From Pyrinomonadaceae bacterium (lineage in GTDB: Bacteria; Acidobacteriota; Blastocatellia; Pyrinomonadales; Pyrinomonadaceae): DNA of 64,000 nucleotides. Made by a program: the position numbers and the translations under genes. The stretch covers positions 1 through 64,000 of the forward strand of contig JBKBYA010000009.1 of assembly GCA_046313635.1 (NCBI GenBank), read 5' to 3'. Positions 9,727-18,268 of the stretch are shown here, piece by piece; the stretch's first letter is position 1, and the number at the start of each line of letters is the position of its first letter. The notes beneath the pieces are model-generated. The model did not search any database and was not told where the DNA came from. It saw only the letters and a list, made by a program, of their open reading frames with translations.

Positions 9727-12714
9727 GTGAAGGGAAAATTGCTGACAAGCTGGAGTTTGATTTGGCTCATCGCCACGGTCTTGCTGGCCGCAGGCGGAGC
9801 GCTCAATCTGCTGCAGCGGGCATTTCATAAGATCCCTCCGACCGACGGCGTTATCTGGGTGCACAGGTCCGACGGCCTTTACGCCGAAAAGGTCCTGCCC
9901 GGATATGCCGGCTCGCGAGCGGGCCTTGCCGCCGGCGATAAGCTGATCGGCATCGGGCTCGACCCCGATCACATCGACGAGGTCACCGAGGTCGGCGACA
10001 TCCAGATGTACCTCGACACGGCCGGCGTCGACGGCGAATTGACCTACTTCTACCAGCGGCCCTCCTACTCGTTCAGCGACAATTTCTACTACGCCGATCT
10101 CAAGCACATCGACAGCCTGCCGCGTTGGACGCCGTCGGTCGTTTTCCTGACCTTTGTCGGGTTGATCTGGCTGGGCGTCGGTATATTTGTACTTTTTAAG
10201 CAGGGCGGACGTTCGCCCTTCGTGCTGCATTTCGCGATCGTTTGCCTCGCGGCCTTTGTCTTTCACACTTACAAGGCGATCGGCATCGGAGCCGATTTTG
10301 ACCTGGCCGTCAGCCTGCTCGACGATTTTGCGTTTGCGTTGTTTGCGCCGCTCTTTTTGCATTTCTGCATTCGTTATCCGGTACGAAGCGCGGTGTTTGA
10401 AAAGAGCCGTTGGCGCACATACGTCCTTTACGTCCCGGCCGTGCTGCTGTGCTCGGCGCTGGCGCTGCTTTCGCTGGTGCCGCAGCTCTTCTTTCGCGCT
10501 TCGATCGCGGAGACCATCGCACGGCTCGACGACCGTTACGGGCTGATCGCTGGGATCTACAAGGCGCTCTTTTATCACTTTGTCGCAGGCGTCTCCGCGG
10601 GAGCCGTCTTTCTCGTATGGCGCTTTGTCAAGAATCGCCAGCCGATGGTTCGGCAGCGTTTGAAGTGGGCTTTGTGGGGAACGATCGCCGCCGTGATCCC
10701 GATCCTCGCCGTGCAGATCGTGCGGCGCTTCGGCGTCTATCTGCCGGACGATAATTTCACGATGGCGGTGACGACGCTGCCGCTCGCGCTGATACCGCTG
10801 AGCTTTGGCCATTCGGTCGTTCGCTACCGTCTGATGGACGTCGACGTCGTCGTGCGAAGGGCGCTCGTTTACGCTCTTACGACGCTGGCGATCGCGATGA
10901 TGATCGGTGCGGTCGCGCTGGGGCTTGTATTCCTGGCCGTCGGGAGCAATTTATCGACGACAGAGATCGTCCTGCGTTCGGTGATCGCGATCGTGGCGAT
11001 GGGAGCCATCGTGATGCTGAGCGAGCCGCTCAAGAATTACCTGCAGGAGCGTGCCGACCGATTCTTCTACGGCGAGCGTTACGACCTGCGGCAGGGCCTG
11101 CTCGATTTTGGACGGACGATATCGGCGACGACCGCGCTCGACCCGCTGCTCAACGCGCTTGTCGAACGCCTGCAGCAAGTGCTCGCCGTTCAAAAGGTCG
11201 CCGTTTTTCTCGAGGACGCTTCGCAGCCGAGTCATTACCGCATCGCCAAGTCGGCCGGATTGAACGGCGACTACAAGGTGCCGGCGGACTTTCGCCAGAT
11301 GATCCGTGCACGCTCGGCGGCGCAGGGCATCGTCCGCGCGGATGAATTCGATCTGCTCGAGACGGCGTCAGATCTTCCAGCACACGAGAACGGCAACGGC
11401 AGTTCGGCAAGAGGGATCGTCCGGCAGGAGCTGCACTACTTTGTCCCGTGCGTCGTCGGCAGCAAGCTCGTCGCGGTGATCGGATTGGGCCGTGCAAGCG
11501 ACGGTTCGCTGCTGTCGTCCGAAGACCTCGAGATACTTAAAACGGTCTCCGGCTACGTCGCGGTCGCGGTCGAGAACAGCCGGCTCTACGAGGAGCAAAA
11601 GCGGCAGACCGACGAGCTCGCTTTGCTCAAGGAGTTTAACGAGTCGATCGTCGAATCGGTCAACGTAGGCCTGCTCGCCGTGGACGAAGAAGGCCGCATC
11701 ACACGCTGCAACTCGACCTTTGAGCAGATGATGGGCCTCAGCCGCGACGAGGCCGTCGGCAAGCCGGTCGAGGAGGTCTTTGACGAGAGCTTTGCATTGA
11801 ATCTCGAGAATATCCTCGGCCGCACCCGCTGGCACCTGACCGAGATCCGCAATGCCTACAAGCTGCACACTTACGATCGCTCGGGCCGCTCGCTCATTCT
11901 GAATGTCGCGATCGCGCCGCTGCGTTCGGTGTCGAATCAGCAGACCGGAGCGATCATCGTGCTCGAGAACGTGACCTCGCGCGTCAAGCTCGAAGAGACA
12001 CTGCAGCAGAGCGAAAAGCTCTCCAGCATCGGCCTGCTGGCCGCCGGCGTCGCACACGAGGTCAATACGCCTCTGACAGGCGTCTCGAGCTATACGCAGA
12101 TGCTGCTCGGGATGGTGCCCGAGACCGACCCGAAGCACGAGCTGCTCCGCAAGATGCAGCGGCAGACCGAGCGGGCGTCGAATATCGTCGGCAATCTACT
12201 CAATTTTTCACGCACCGGCAGCTCGACCGAGTTTACCGTGCTCGACGTGAACAAGCTTCTCAACGACACGCTGCAGCTGCTCGAGCCGCAGCTTCGCAAG
12301 TCGAACGTCACGATCGTCAAGCGCTACGCTGCCGACTCGCCGACCATCCGCGGCAACGGCGGCAAGCTGCAGCAGGTCTTTACAAATCTCATCCTCAACG
12401 CCCGCGACGCGATGTTCGACGGCGGCACGATCACGCTGACGACCGCTGAGAATTCGGACGGCGAGGTCGTCATCGAGGTGACGGACGACGGCGAGGGCAT
12501 CTCGGCCGAGAACATCAATAAGGTCTTTGACCCGTTCTTCACGACCAAGGGCGTCGGCAACGGCACCGGACTCGGCCTCGCGGTCTCGTACGGCATCGTG
12601 CAGGAGCACGGCGGCTCGATCGAGGTCTCGAGCCAGCCTGGCGAAGGCGCGACATTCAAATTGGTCTTCCCGTCGGCCGAACGCCAATCGATCCGCGGCG
12701 TCGTGGCGAGCTGA
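9727..12714 (+). CDS. Membrane sensor histidine kinase (PDZ - multi-TM - GAF - PAS - HisKA - HATPase)
   Basis: AGSRAGLAAGDKLI (PDZ); hydrophobic helices; GVAHEVNTPL H-box; NLILNARDA, DDGEGI, FDPFFTTK, GTGLGL. Confidence 0.92.
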   Translation: MKGKLLTSWSLIWLIATVLLAAGGALNLLQRAFHKIPPTDGVIWVHRSDGLYAEKVLPGYAGSRAGLAAGDKLIGIGLDPDHIDEVTEVGDIQMYLDTAGVDGELTYFYQRPSYSFSDNFYYADLKHIDSLPRWTPSVVFLTFVGLIWLGVGIFVLFKQGGRSPFVLHFAIVCLAAFVFHTYKAIGIGADFDLAVSLLDDFAFALFAPLFLHFCIRYPVRSAVFEKSRWRTYVLYVPAVLLCSALALLSLVPQLFFRASIAETIARLDDRYGLIAGIYKALFYHFVAGVSAGAVFLVWRFVKNRQPMVRQRLKWALWGTIAAVIPILAVQIVRRFGVYLPDDNFTMAVTTLPLALIPLSFGHSVVRYRLMDVDVVVRRALVYALTTLAIAMMIGAVALGLVFLAVGSNLSTTEIVLRSVIAIVAMGAIVMLSEPLKNYLQERADRFFYGERYDLRQGLLDFGRTISATTALDPLLNALVERLQQVLAVQKVAVFLEDASQPSHYRIAKSAGLNGDYKVPADFRQMIRARSAAQGIVRADEFDLLETASDLPAHENGNGSSARGIVRQELHYFVPCVVGSKLVAVIGLGRASDGSLLSSEDLEILKTVSGYVAVAVENSRLYEEQKRQTDELALLKEFNESIVESVNVGLLAVDEEGRITRCNSTFEQMMGLSRDEAVGKPVEEVFDESFALNLENILGRTRWHLTEIRNAYKLHTYDRSGRSLILNVAIAPLRSVSNQQTGAIIVLENVTSRVKLEETLQQSEKLSSIGLLAAGVAHEVNTPLTGVSSYTQMLLGMVPETDPKHELLRKMQRQTERASNIVGNLLNFSRTGSSTEFTVLDVNKLLNDTLQLLEPQLRKSNVTIVKRYAADSPTIRGNGGKLQQVFTNLILNARDAMFDGGTITLTTAENSDGEVVIEVTDDGEGISAENINKVFDPFFTTKGVGNGTGLGLAVSYGIVQEHGGSIEVSSQPGEGATFKLVFPSAERQSIRGVVAS

Positions 12715-12850
12715 TAGAAGCGTCCGAGAGAATTTGTGACTCTATCGAATGAGGCTGTCTGAGAAGGCAGCTCTTTTTTTTGCGTTCTGTTTTTGTGTCG
12801 TCACGTTTACTTCTGCTTCCGTGGCGATCGTGCGGGGTGAACAGATTTCC

Positions 12851-12913
12851 TCGGGCTGTGCCCGTCTTTGTGCTGAGAAGCTCTGCTTTTCCGAAAATAG
12901 GTCGGCAGAGCCG
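12851..12913. repeat. Degenerate copy of a ~60-bp palindromic repeat (second copy at 20611-20670)
   Basis: TCGGGCTGTGCCCGTCTTTGTGCTGAGAAGCTCTGCTTTTCCGAAAATAGGTCGGCAGAGC aligns with 20611-20670. Confidence 0.75.
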
Positions 12914-12943
12914 ATGAGAGACTACACCCGTGTCGCTGAGGAC

Positions 12944-14212
12944 CTAATCCGCCGCCGCCGTCGAACGCTGGCGGCCGAGGTAAAAGATCGCCGTTATGCA
13001 CGCCACGAGCATGATCGCGGCGGCCGTCCAGAATGTGCGAAAGAGAGTGGAGTTGTCGACCTGATCCGCCGCGTTATTCAGCAGCACGCCGCACAGCAGA
13101 GGGCCGACGACGCGGCCGAGGCTCGCGGCCGACTGCATAATGCCGAAAGATCGCCCCTGCTCCTCTTCGCCGGCGGTCTTTGACGCGAGGCTCGTGAGCG
13201 CGGGCGACGTGAGCGAATTTCCGATAGAGAATCCCGCCATCCCGATCAGCAGCACGAGCAGTCCGCCCGAATCCGCCCCGACGTACGGTACAAAGAACAA
13301 GCTCAGCACGAGCAGCGCCGAGCCGGCTACGACCAGCCACGCCTCGCCGACGCGATCGGCCAGACGTCCAAACACGCCGCCCTGTATCAGCGCCGACAAG
13401 AATCCGATGTACGCGAGCAGGTAGCCGGTCCTTTCTGCGTTGTAGCCGAACTTGAGCATCATGTAGTACGCAAATCCGGTCGTCATCATCGCAAAGGCCG
13501 TGATGACCAAAAAGTACTCGACGGCCAGCAGACCGAATCGCGCGTCTCGCAGCGCTCCGGCCAGCTCGGCGATGCGGCCGCGCTTTTCCGTTTGCTCCGC
13601 GCGGTCGCCGGGCCCACGCGATTCGGGGAGGATAAAAAAGAGCAGCAACGCGTTTGCGAGGCTGAGCACCGCGGCAAAGATGAACGGCACGTTGTGACCG
13701 AAGCGGCTCAGCACGCCCGCGAGCGCCGGGCCGAGGATGAATCCGAGACCGAAGGCCATCCCGAAAAGTCCCATGCCCTTTGCGCGGTTCTTGCGCGTCG
13801 TTACGTCGGCGATGTAGGCCTGTGCCGTGGACAAGTTGCCGCCCATGATGCCGGCGAGGATCCGTCCGGCGTAGAGCATCCACAGCGCGCCCGCAAAGCC
13901 TATGATCCAGTAGCCGAGGCTCGAACCGAGGATCGTAAAGAACAAGATCGGGCGGCGGCCGTAGCGGTCGGAGAGATTTCCCCAGACGGGCGCAAAGATG
14001 AACTGCATCAGGGAGTATGACGACACCAGGATCCCGATGTCGAAGGGCGTCGCCCGCAGCTCCTCGGCGTAAAAGGGCAGCAGCGGAATGACGATGCCAA
14101 ACCCGACGAGGTCGATAAAGATCGTGAGAAAAATGATCAGCAGCGGCCGCGTCAGAAACTTCTCGTCGGTTTGGGGCTCGGCCGCGGTATTGACCTGTCG
14201 ACTGTCGTTCAT
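12944..14212 (-). CDS. MFS transporter (TetA/DHA1-like)
   Basis: GNLSDRYGRRP motif A; GFILGPALAG motif C; ~12 TM. Confidence 0.93.
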   Translation of the reverse strand: MNDSRQVNTAAEPQTDEKFLTRPLLIIFLTIFIDLVGFGIVIPLLPFYAEELRATPFDIGILVSSYSLMQFIFAPVWGNLSDRYGRRPILFFTILGSSLGYWIIGFAGALWMLYAGRILAGIMGGNLSTAQAYIADVTTRKNRAKGMGLFGMAFGLGFILGPALAGVLSRFGHNVPFIFAAVLSLANALLLFFILPESRGPGDRAEQTEKRGRIAELAGALRDARFGLLAVEYFLVITAFAMMTTGFAYYMMLKFGYNAERTGYLLAYIGFLSALIQGGVFGRLADRVGEAWLVVAGSALLVLSLFFVPYVGADSGGLLVLLIGMAGFSIGNSLTSPALTSLASKTAGEEEQGRSFGIMQSAASLGRVVGPLLCGVLLNNAADQVDNSTLFRTFWTAAAIMLVACITAIFYLGRQRSTAAAD

Positions 14213-14331
14213 CGAATAGTTTGCTGGATGGGCATTAACGGCGCGAGAGCCTCTCAATGCGGCCGCGAATGCTGCTGTATAGTAAAATAACAGCAAACCT
14301 CGAATAGGATAAAAGGCACTTCCAAGATCAA

Positions 14332-16188
14332 ATGCAAGTAACAAAATTAAAGAGCGCCGCACTGATGCTCGTCGGCGTACTCACTCTCTTTGCTATGTAC
14401 AAAGAATCGCCGGCCCAGCGGCCGCAGCCCGCCGCGACGCGATCGGCCGCCGCGGTCCCCGACATCAGCTATACGGTCTCGATGCCTAAGCCATGGACGC
14501 ACCTTCTCGAGGTCCGGATGCGGATCCGCTGGAGCGCGATGCCGGCGCAGCTCGAGCTGAAAATGCCGGTCTGGACGCCGGGCAGCTACCTCGTCCGCGA
14601 GTACGCGCGGCACGTGCAGGACTTTGAGGCCAAGAGCGGCCCGACCGACCTTGCCTGGCAAAAGACAAGCAAGAACACATGGCAGGTCGAGACAAAGGGC
14701 GCGCGCGAGATCGTCGCGAGCTACCGCGTTTACTCAAACGAGCTGACGGTCAGGACGAACGAGCTCAACGACGAGCACGCGTTTTGGAACAATACCGCGC
14801 TGCTTATGTTTCCAAAAGGCCAGCTCTCGGCGCCGAGCACCGTGACCGTCGAGCCGTACTCGACTTGGAAGGTCGCGACCGGTTTGCCGGCCGTCCCGGG
14901 CGCGGCAAATACTTTCCGCGCGGAGAACTTTGACGTCCTTTACGATTCGCCGTTCGAGGTCGGCAATTTCAAAGAGATCTCGTTCACCGTACAGGGCAAG
15001 CCGCATCGCTTCGTCGTCGACGGCGAGGGCAACTACGATCTGGACCGCATCGTCGCCGATACGACGAAGATCATCGAAGAGTCGTACAAGATCTTTGGCG
15101 AGCTGCCGTACGAGAACTACCTTTTTATCCTGAACCTCCGCGGCGGCGGCGGGCTCGAGCATCTTAATTCGACCGCGCTGCAGTTCGATCGCTTCGGCTT
15201 TAAGCCCGACTCGCGCTATCACGGCTTTCTCGGCCTCGTCGCCCACGAGTTCTTTCACCTCTGGAACGTGAAGCGCATCCGGCCGGACGCGCTCGGGCCC
15301 TTCGACTACGAGAACGAGAATTACACAAAGCTGCTTTGGGTCGCCGAGGGCGGGACCGAATATTACTCTAACCTGCTGCTGCGCCGGGCCGGGCTGATCT
15401 CGGCCGAGGAGTATCTCGACGGCCGTGCGTCGGGGATCAAACAGCTTCAGGAGCGCCCGGGCCGGCTCGCCCAGAGTCTCGAAGAGTCGAGCTTTGACGC
15501 GTGGATCAAGTACTACCGTCAGGACGAGAACTCGATCAACAACCAGATCTCTTACTACGACAAGGGCGAGATCGTGAACTTTCTGCTCGACATCGTCATC
15601 CGCACGTCGTCAAACGGCGCGAGATCGCTCGACGATGTGATGCGCGCGCTCTACAACGACTTTTACAAGCGCGGCCGAAATTACACGCCGCAGGACTTTC
15701 AAAGGGCGGCCGAGACCGCCGCGGGGCGCAGCCTCGACGACTTTTTTGCAAGATACGTTCGCGGTACCGCCGAGCTAAACTACAACGCGGTCCTGGAGCC
15801 GATCGGCCTGCGGCTCGTCGCCGCCGATGCGTATCGCGGCCGCGCGTATCTCGGGGCCGACTTGGCGGAGGACGCCGGCGGACGCCTGACGGTCCGTGCG
15901 CTCGCGGCCGGTACGCCCGCCTACGAGCAGGGATTGAATACAGGCGATCAGATCGTCGCCGTCGAGGGTTATCGCGCAAGCACGTCGCGGCTGCAGTCCT
16001 TTATCAATGACCGCAAGCCGGGCGACAGGGTAAGACTGACGATATTTCGCTTTGATAAGCTTCGCGAGATAGAGATAACGCTCGGCGCCGACCCGCGAAA
16101 GAATTATTCGTTCGCTCCGGTTGCCAACCCGACCGACATTCAGAAGCGACTGTATCGCGAATATCTCAATGACGAACTCGGATCGTAA
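14332..16188 (+). CDS. M61 family glycyl aminopeptidase with C-terminal PDZ domain
   Basis: MPVWTPGSY, GGLEH, HEFFHLWNVKRIRP, SYYDKG; PDZ tail; signal peptide. Confidence 0.93.
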   Translation: MQVTKLKSAALMLVGVLTLFAMYKESPAQRPQPAATRSAAAVPDISYTVSMPKPWTHLLEVRMRIRWSAMPAQLELKMPVWTPGSYLVREYARHVQDFEAKSGPTDLAWQKTSKNTWQVETKGAREIVASYRVYSNELTVRTNELNDEHAFWNNTALLMFPKGQLSAPSTVTVEPYSTWKVATGLPAVPGAANTFRAENFDVLYDSPFEVGNFKEISFTVQGKPHRFVVDGEGNYDLDRIVADTTKIIEESYKIFGELPYENYLFILNLRGGGGLEHLNSTALQFDRFGFKPDSRYHGFLGLVAHEFFHLWNVKRIRPDALGPFDYENENYTKLLWVAEGGTEYYSNLLLRRAGLISAEEYLDGRASGIKQLQERPGRLAQSLEESSFDAWIKYYRQDENSINNQISYYDKGEIVNFLLDIVIRTSSNGARSLDDVMRALYNDFYKRGRNYTPQDFQRAAETAAGRSLDDFFARYVRGTAELNYNAVLEPIGLRLVAADAYRGRAYLGADLAEDAGGRLTVRALAAGTPAYEQGLNTGDQIVAVEGYRASTSRLQSFINDRKPGDRVRLTIFRFDKLREIEITLGADPRKNYSFAPVANPTDIQKRLYREYLNDELGS

Positions 16189-17518
16189 ACGTATCCGTCG
16201 CGGGCCGGCCGTTCCGGCCCTGCTCGCGGCGTTCATTTTTGCGGCCTGCGGCGGCAGCGGCCAGCCGCAGGACAACGGATCATTGGCCGTAACGACGCCG
16301 CCGACCGCGCTCAGTCAGGTCGCAGCATCGCGGCTGACCTTTCGCTACGAGGCGGACGTGCCCGGCCCTGCCGAGACGGACGCGCCGGTCCAGAACGAAG
16401 AGCGAAGCGCGGCCGTTCAGGCCGACTTTGATCAGCACCGCACGCAGGAGGTGCTCGATAAGACCGTCACCTCGCCCGACAAGAAGCGCGTCCTCGCCGT
16501 CTATCATCGCGTCAACGACCTGCCGGCGGAGTTTCGTCTCGATATGTACTCGGCCGACGGCAAGCTGCTCCGCAAGCTGACGCCCGATACGATGGCCGTA
16601 CATTTTCCGGACACGATCCGCTGGTCGCCGGACTCGTCCGCTGTAGCGTTCGTCGCGATGATCCGGGCCGGACAGGCCGACGGCGGCGACTCGACGGGAG
16701 TGACGCCCGGCATCGCGCCGGCCGCGGGTGCCGAGGACGCTAACGCAGCGATCGAGGGCGAGGCAAACGCAAACGCAAACGGCGCGACCGCGCCGCCCGC
16801 CTCGCCGACGCCGGGGCCGCCGGTCGGCATTCTCACCTTCCGCACAGAGCAGATATATCTCGCCAACGCCGACGGCGATCAGGTCAAGCCGCTCACGCAG
16901 AATGAGGGCAAGATCTATTTTTATTTCGAATGGTCGCCCGACAGCCGTATGCTGGCGGCGATGGCGGCGACCCAGCCCGAGTGGCGTGCGGCGTTTGCTC
17001 AGGCCGAGAGCAAGGGCGAGGTCTTTGTGCCGCCCGGCCGCGTCCGCGTGATCGAGAAGAGCGGCCGCGAGCGCCTGCTCGACGACGGCGTGACGACCGT
17101 CCATCCTGAATGGTCGCCCGACTCGTCAAAGGTCGCCGCGGCGTTCGAGTATCAAATACGGGTTTACGACGCGACCGGCAACGCTCCGACTCAGGCCGCG
17201 GTCCCGCTCAGGAATCAGCTCCTGATCTCGTCGCAGGCCTACGACCAGGAGCTCCAGCGAAAGGCCGCCGCCGAGAACGCCGCCGCCGCAAACGATCAAG
17301 CCGCGCCGCAGGCGCCTGCCGCGGGCGCAAATCAACCCGCGACGACGCTGCCAGATCCGGCGACGCTCGTGTCGTTCAGCCCGATCGTCTCGCTCGAGTG
17401 GAGCTCGCCCGACATTCTTTACTTCCAGACCGGCTACATCAAGGAGTACAAGAATGCGGCCGACAACCGCCGCAGCTTTTTGCGCTGGCACCGGCTGATC
17501 TTTGCGCCGCAGGCGTAG
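16169..17518 (+). CDS. Lipoprotein with TolB/WD40-like (WSPD) repeats
   Basis: Lipobox FAAC; three WSPDS repeats; Ala/Pro-rich linkers. Confidence 0.75.
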   Translation: MTNSDRKRIRRGPAVPALLAAFIFAACGGSGQPQDNGSLAVTTPPTALSQVAASRLTFRYEADVPGPAETDAPVQNEERSAAVQADFDQHRTQEVLDKTVTSPDKKRVLAVYHRVNDLPAEFRLDMYSADGKLLRKLTPDTMAVHFPDTIRWSPDSSAVAFVAMIRAGQADGGDSTGVTPGIAPAAGAEDANAAIEGEANANANGATAPPASPTPGPPVGILTFRTEQIYLANADGDQVKPLTQNEGKIYFYFEWSPDSRMLAAMAATQPEWRAAFAQAESKGEVFVPPGRVRVIEKSGRERLLDDGVTTVHPEWSPDSSKVAAAFEYQIRVYDATGNAPTQAAVPLRNQLLISSQAYDQELQRKAAAENAAAANDQAAPQAPAAGANQPATTLPDPATLVSFSPIVSLEWSSPDILYFQTGYIKEYKNAADNRRSFLRWHRLIFAPQA

Positions 17519-17554
17519 TTTGGCCCGCCGCCGGGCTGCCGTTTGACCAAGACC

Positions 17555-18100
17555 ATGCTCACAAGACAGATCTCCGAGATATACGCCGCGAACGACGATG
17601 TGCGCGGCCGGCTAAAGGAATTTTTGTCGGGGCTCGCCGCTGACGAGGCGAACGCTCGGCCCGGCGACGCCAAATGGTCGATCGCCGAGATCGCCGAGCA
17701 CGTCGCGATCGTCGAGTACGGCACGTACCGCATCTGCGCCAAGCTGCTGGGCAAGGCACAGGCCGATAATGCCGTGGTCGAGCGGCCCGGCCACGCAACG
17801 CTCTCGACAGATTTTGCCGCCGCGGCCGGCGAGGTGCGCGATGCAAAGCTCGAGGCACCTGACATCGTCAAGCCGACCGGCAAAATGAGCGTCGCCGACG
17901 CCATCGCCAAAATGGATGACACGGCGCAAAAGCTTGACGAGATCCGGCCGCTCTTCGACACGCTCGACTGTGACGGGTACAAGTTTCCGCATCCCTACTT
18001 CGGCGAAATGTCGGCGGCCGAGTGGCTGTCTCTGATCGGCGGCCACGCCGAGCGCCATCTCAAGCAGGCCGAGACGGTCCTGGCCGAGATCAGAAAATAG
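17555..18100 (+). CDS. DinB family protein
   Basis: WSIAEIAEHV; HPYFG; HAERH. Confidence 0.85.
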   Translation: MLTRQISEIYAANDDVRGRLKEFLSGLAADEANARPGDAKWSIAEIAEHVAIVEYGTYRICAKLLGKAQADNAVVERPGHATLSTDFAAAAGEVRDAKLEAPDIVKPTGKMSVADAIAKMDDTAQKLDEIRPLFDTLDCDGYKFPHPYFGEMSAAEWLSLIGGHAERHLKQAETVLAEIRK

Positions 18101-18142
18101 AAAAAGTCCCGGCCGCGAGGAGGGTTACGGCCGGGACCTTTT
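18101..18142. terminator. Bidirectional intrinsic terminator
   Basis: AAAAA-GTCCCGGCCG...CGGCCGGGAC-CTTTT between convergent genes. Confidence 0.75.
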
Positions 18143-18268
18143 GTCCAAACAAATGCTTTTGTTATGTCCCGTATCTAAAGCATTTTTTGGATGCAGCGAT
18201 GAGATTCGGCGGTCATCCGCCGCGGGCGGCCGGGTTCGAGCTGTGTCGAGCCCGGCCGCTCGCCGCTT

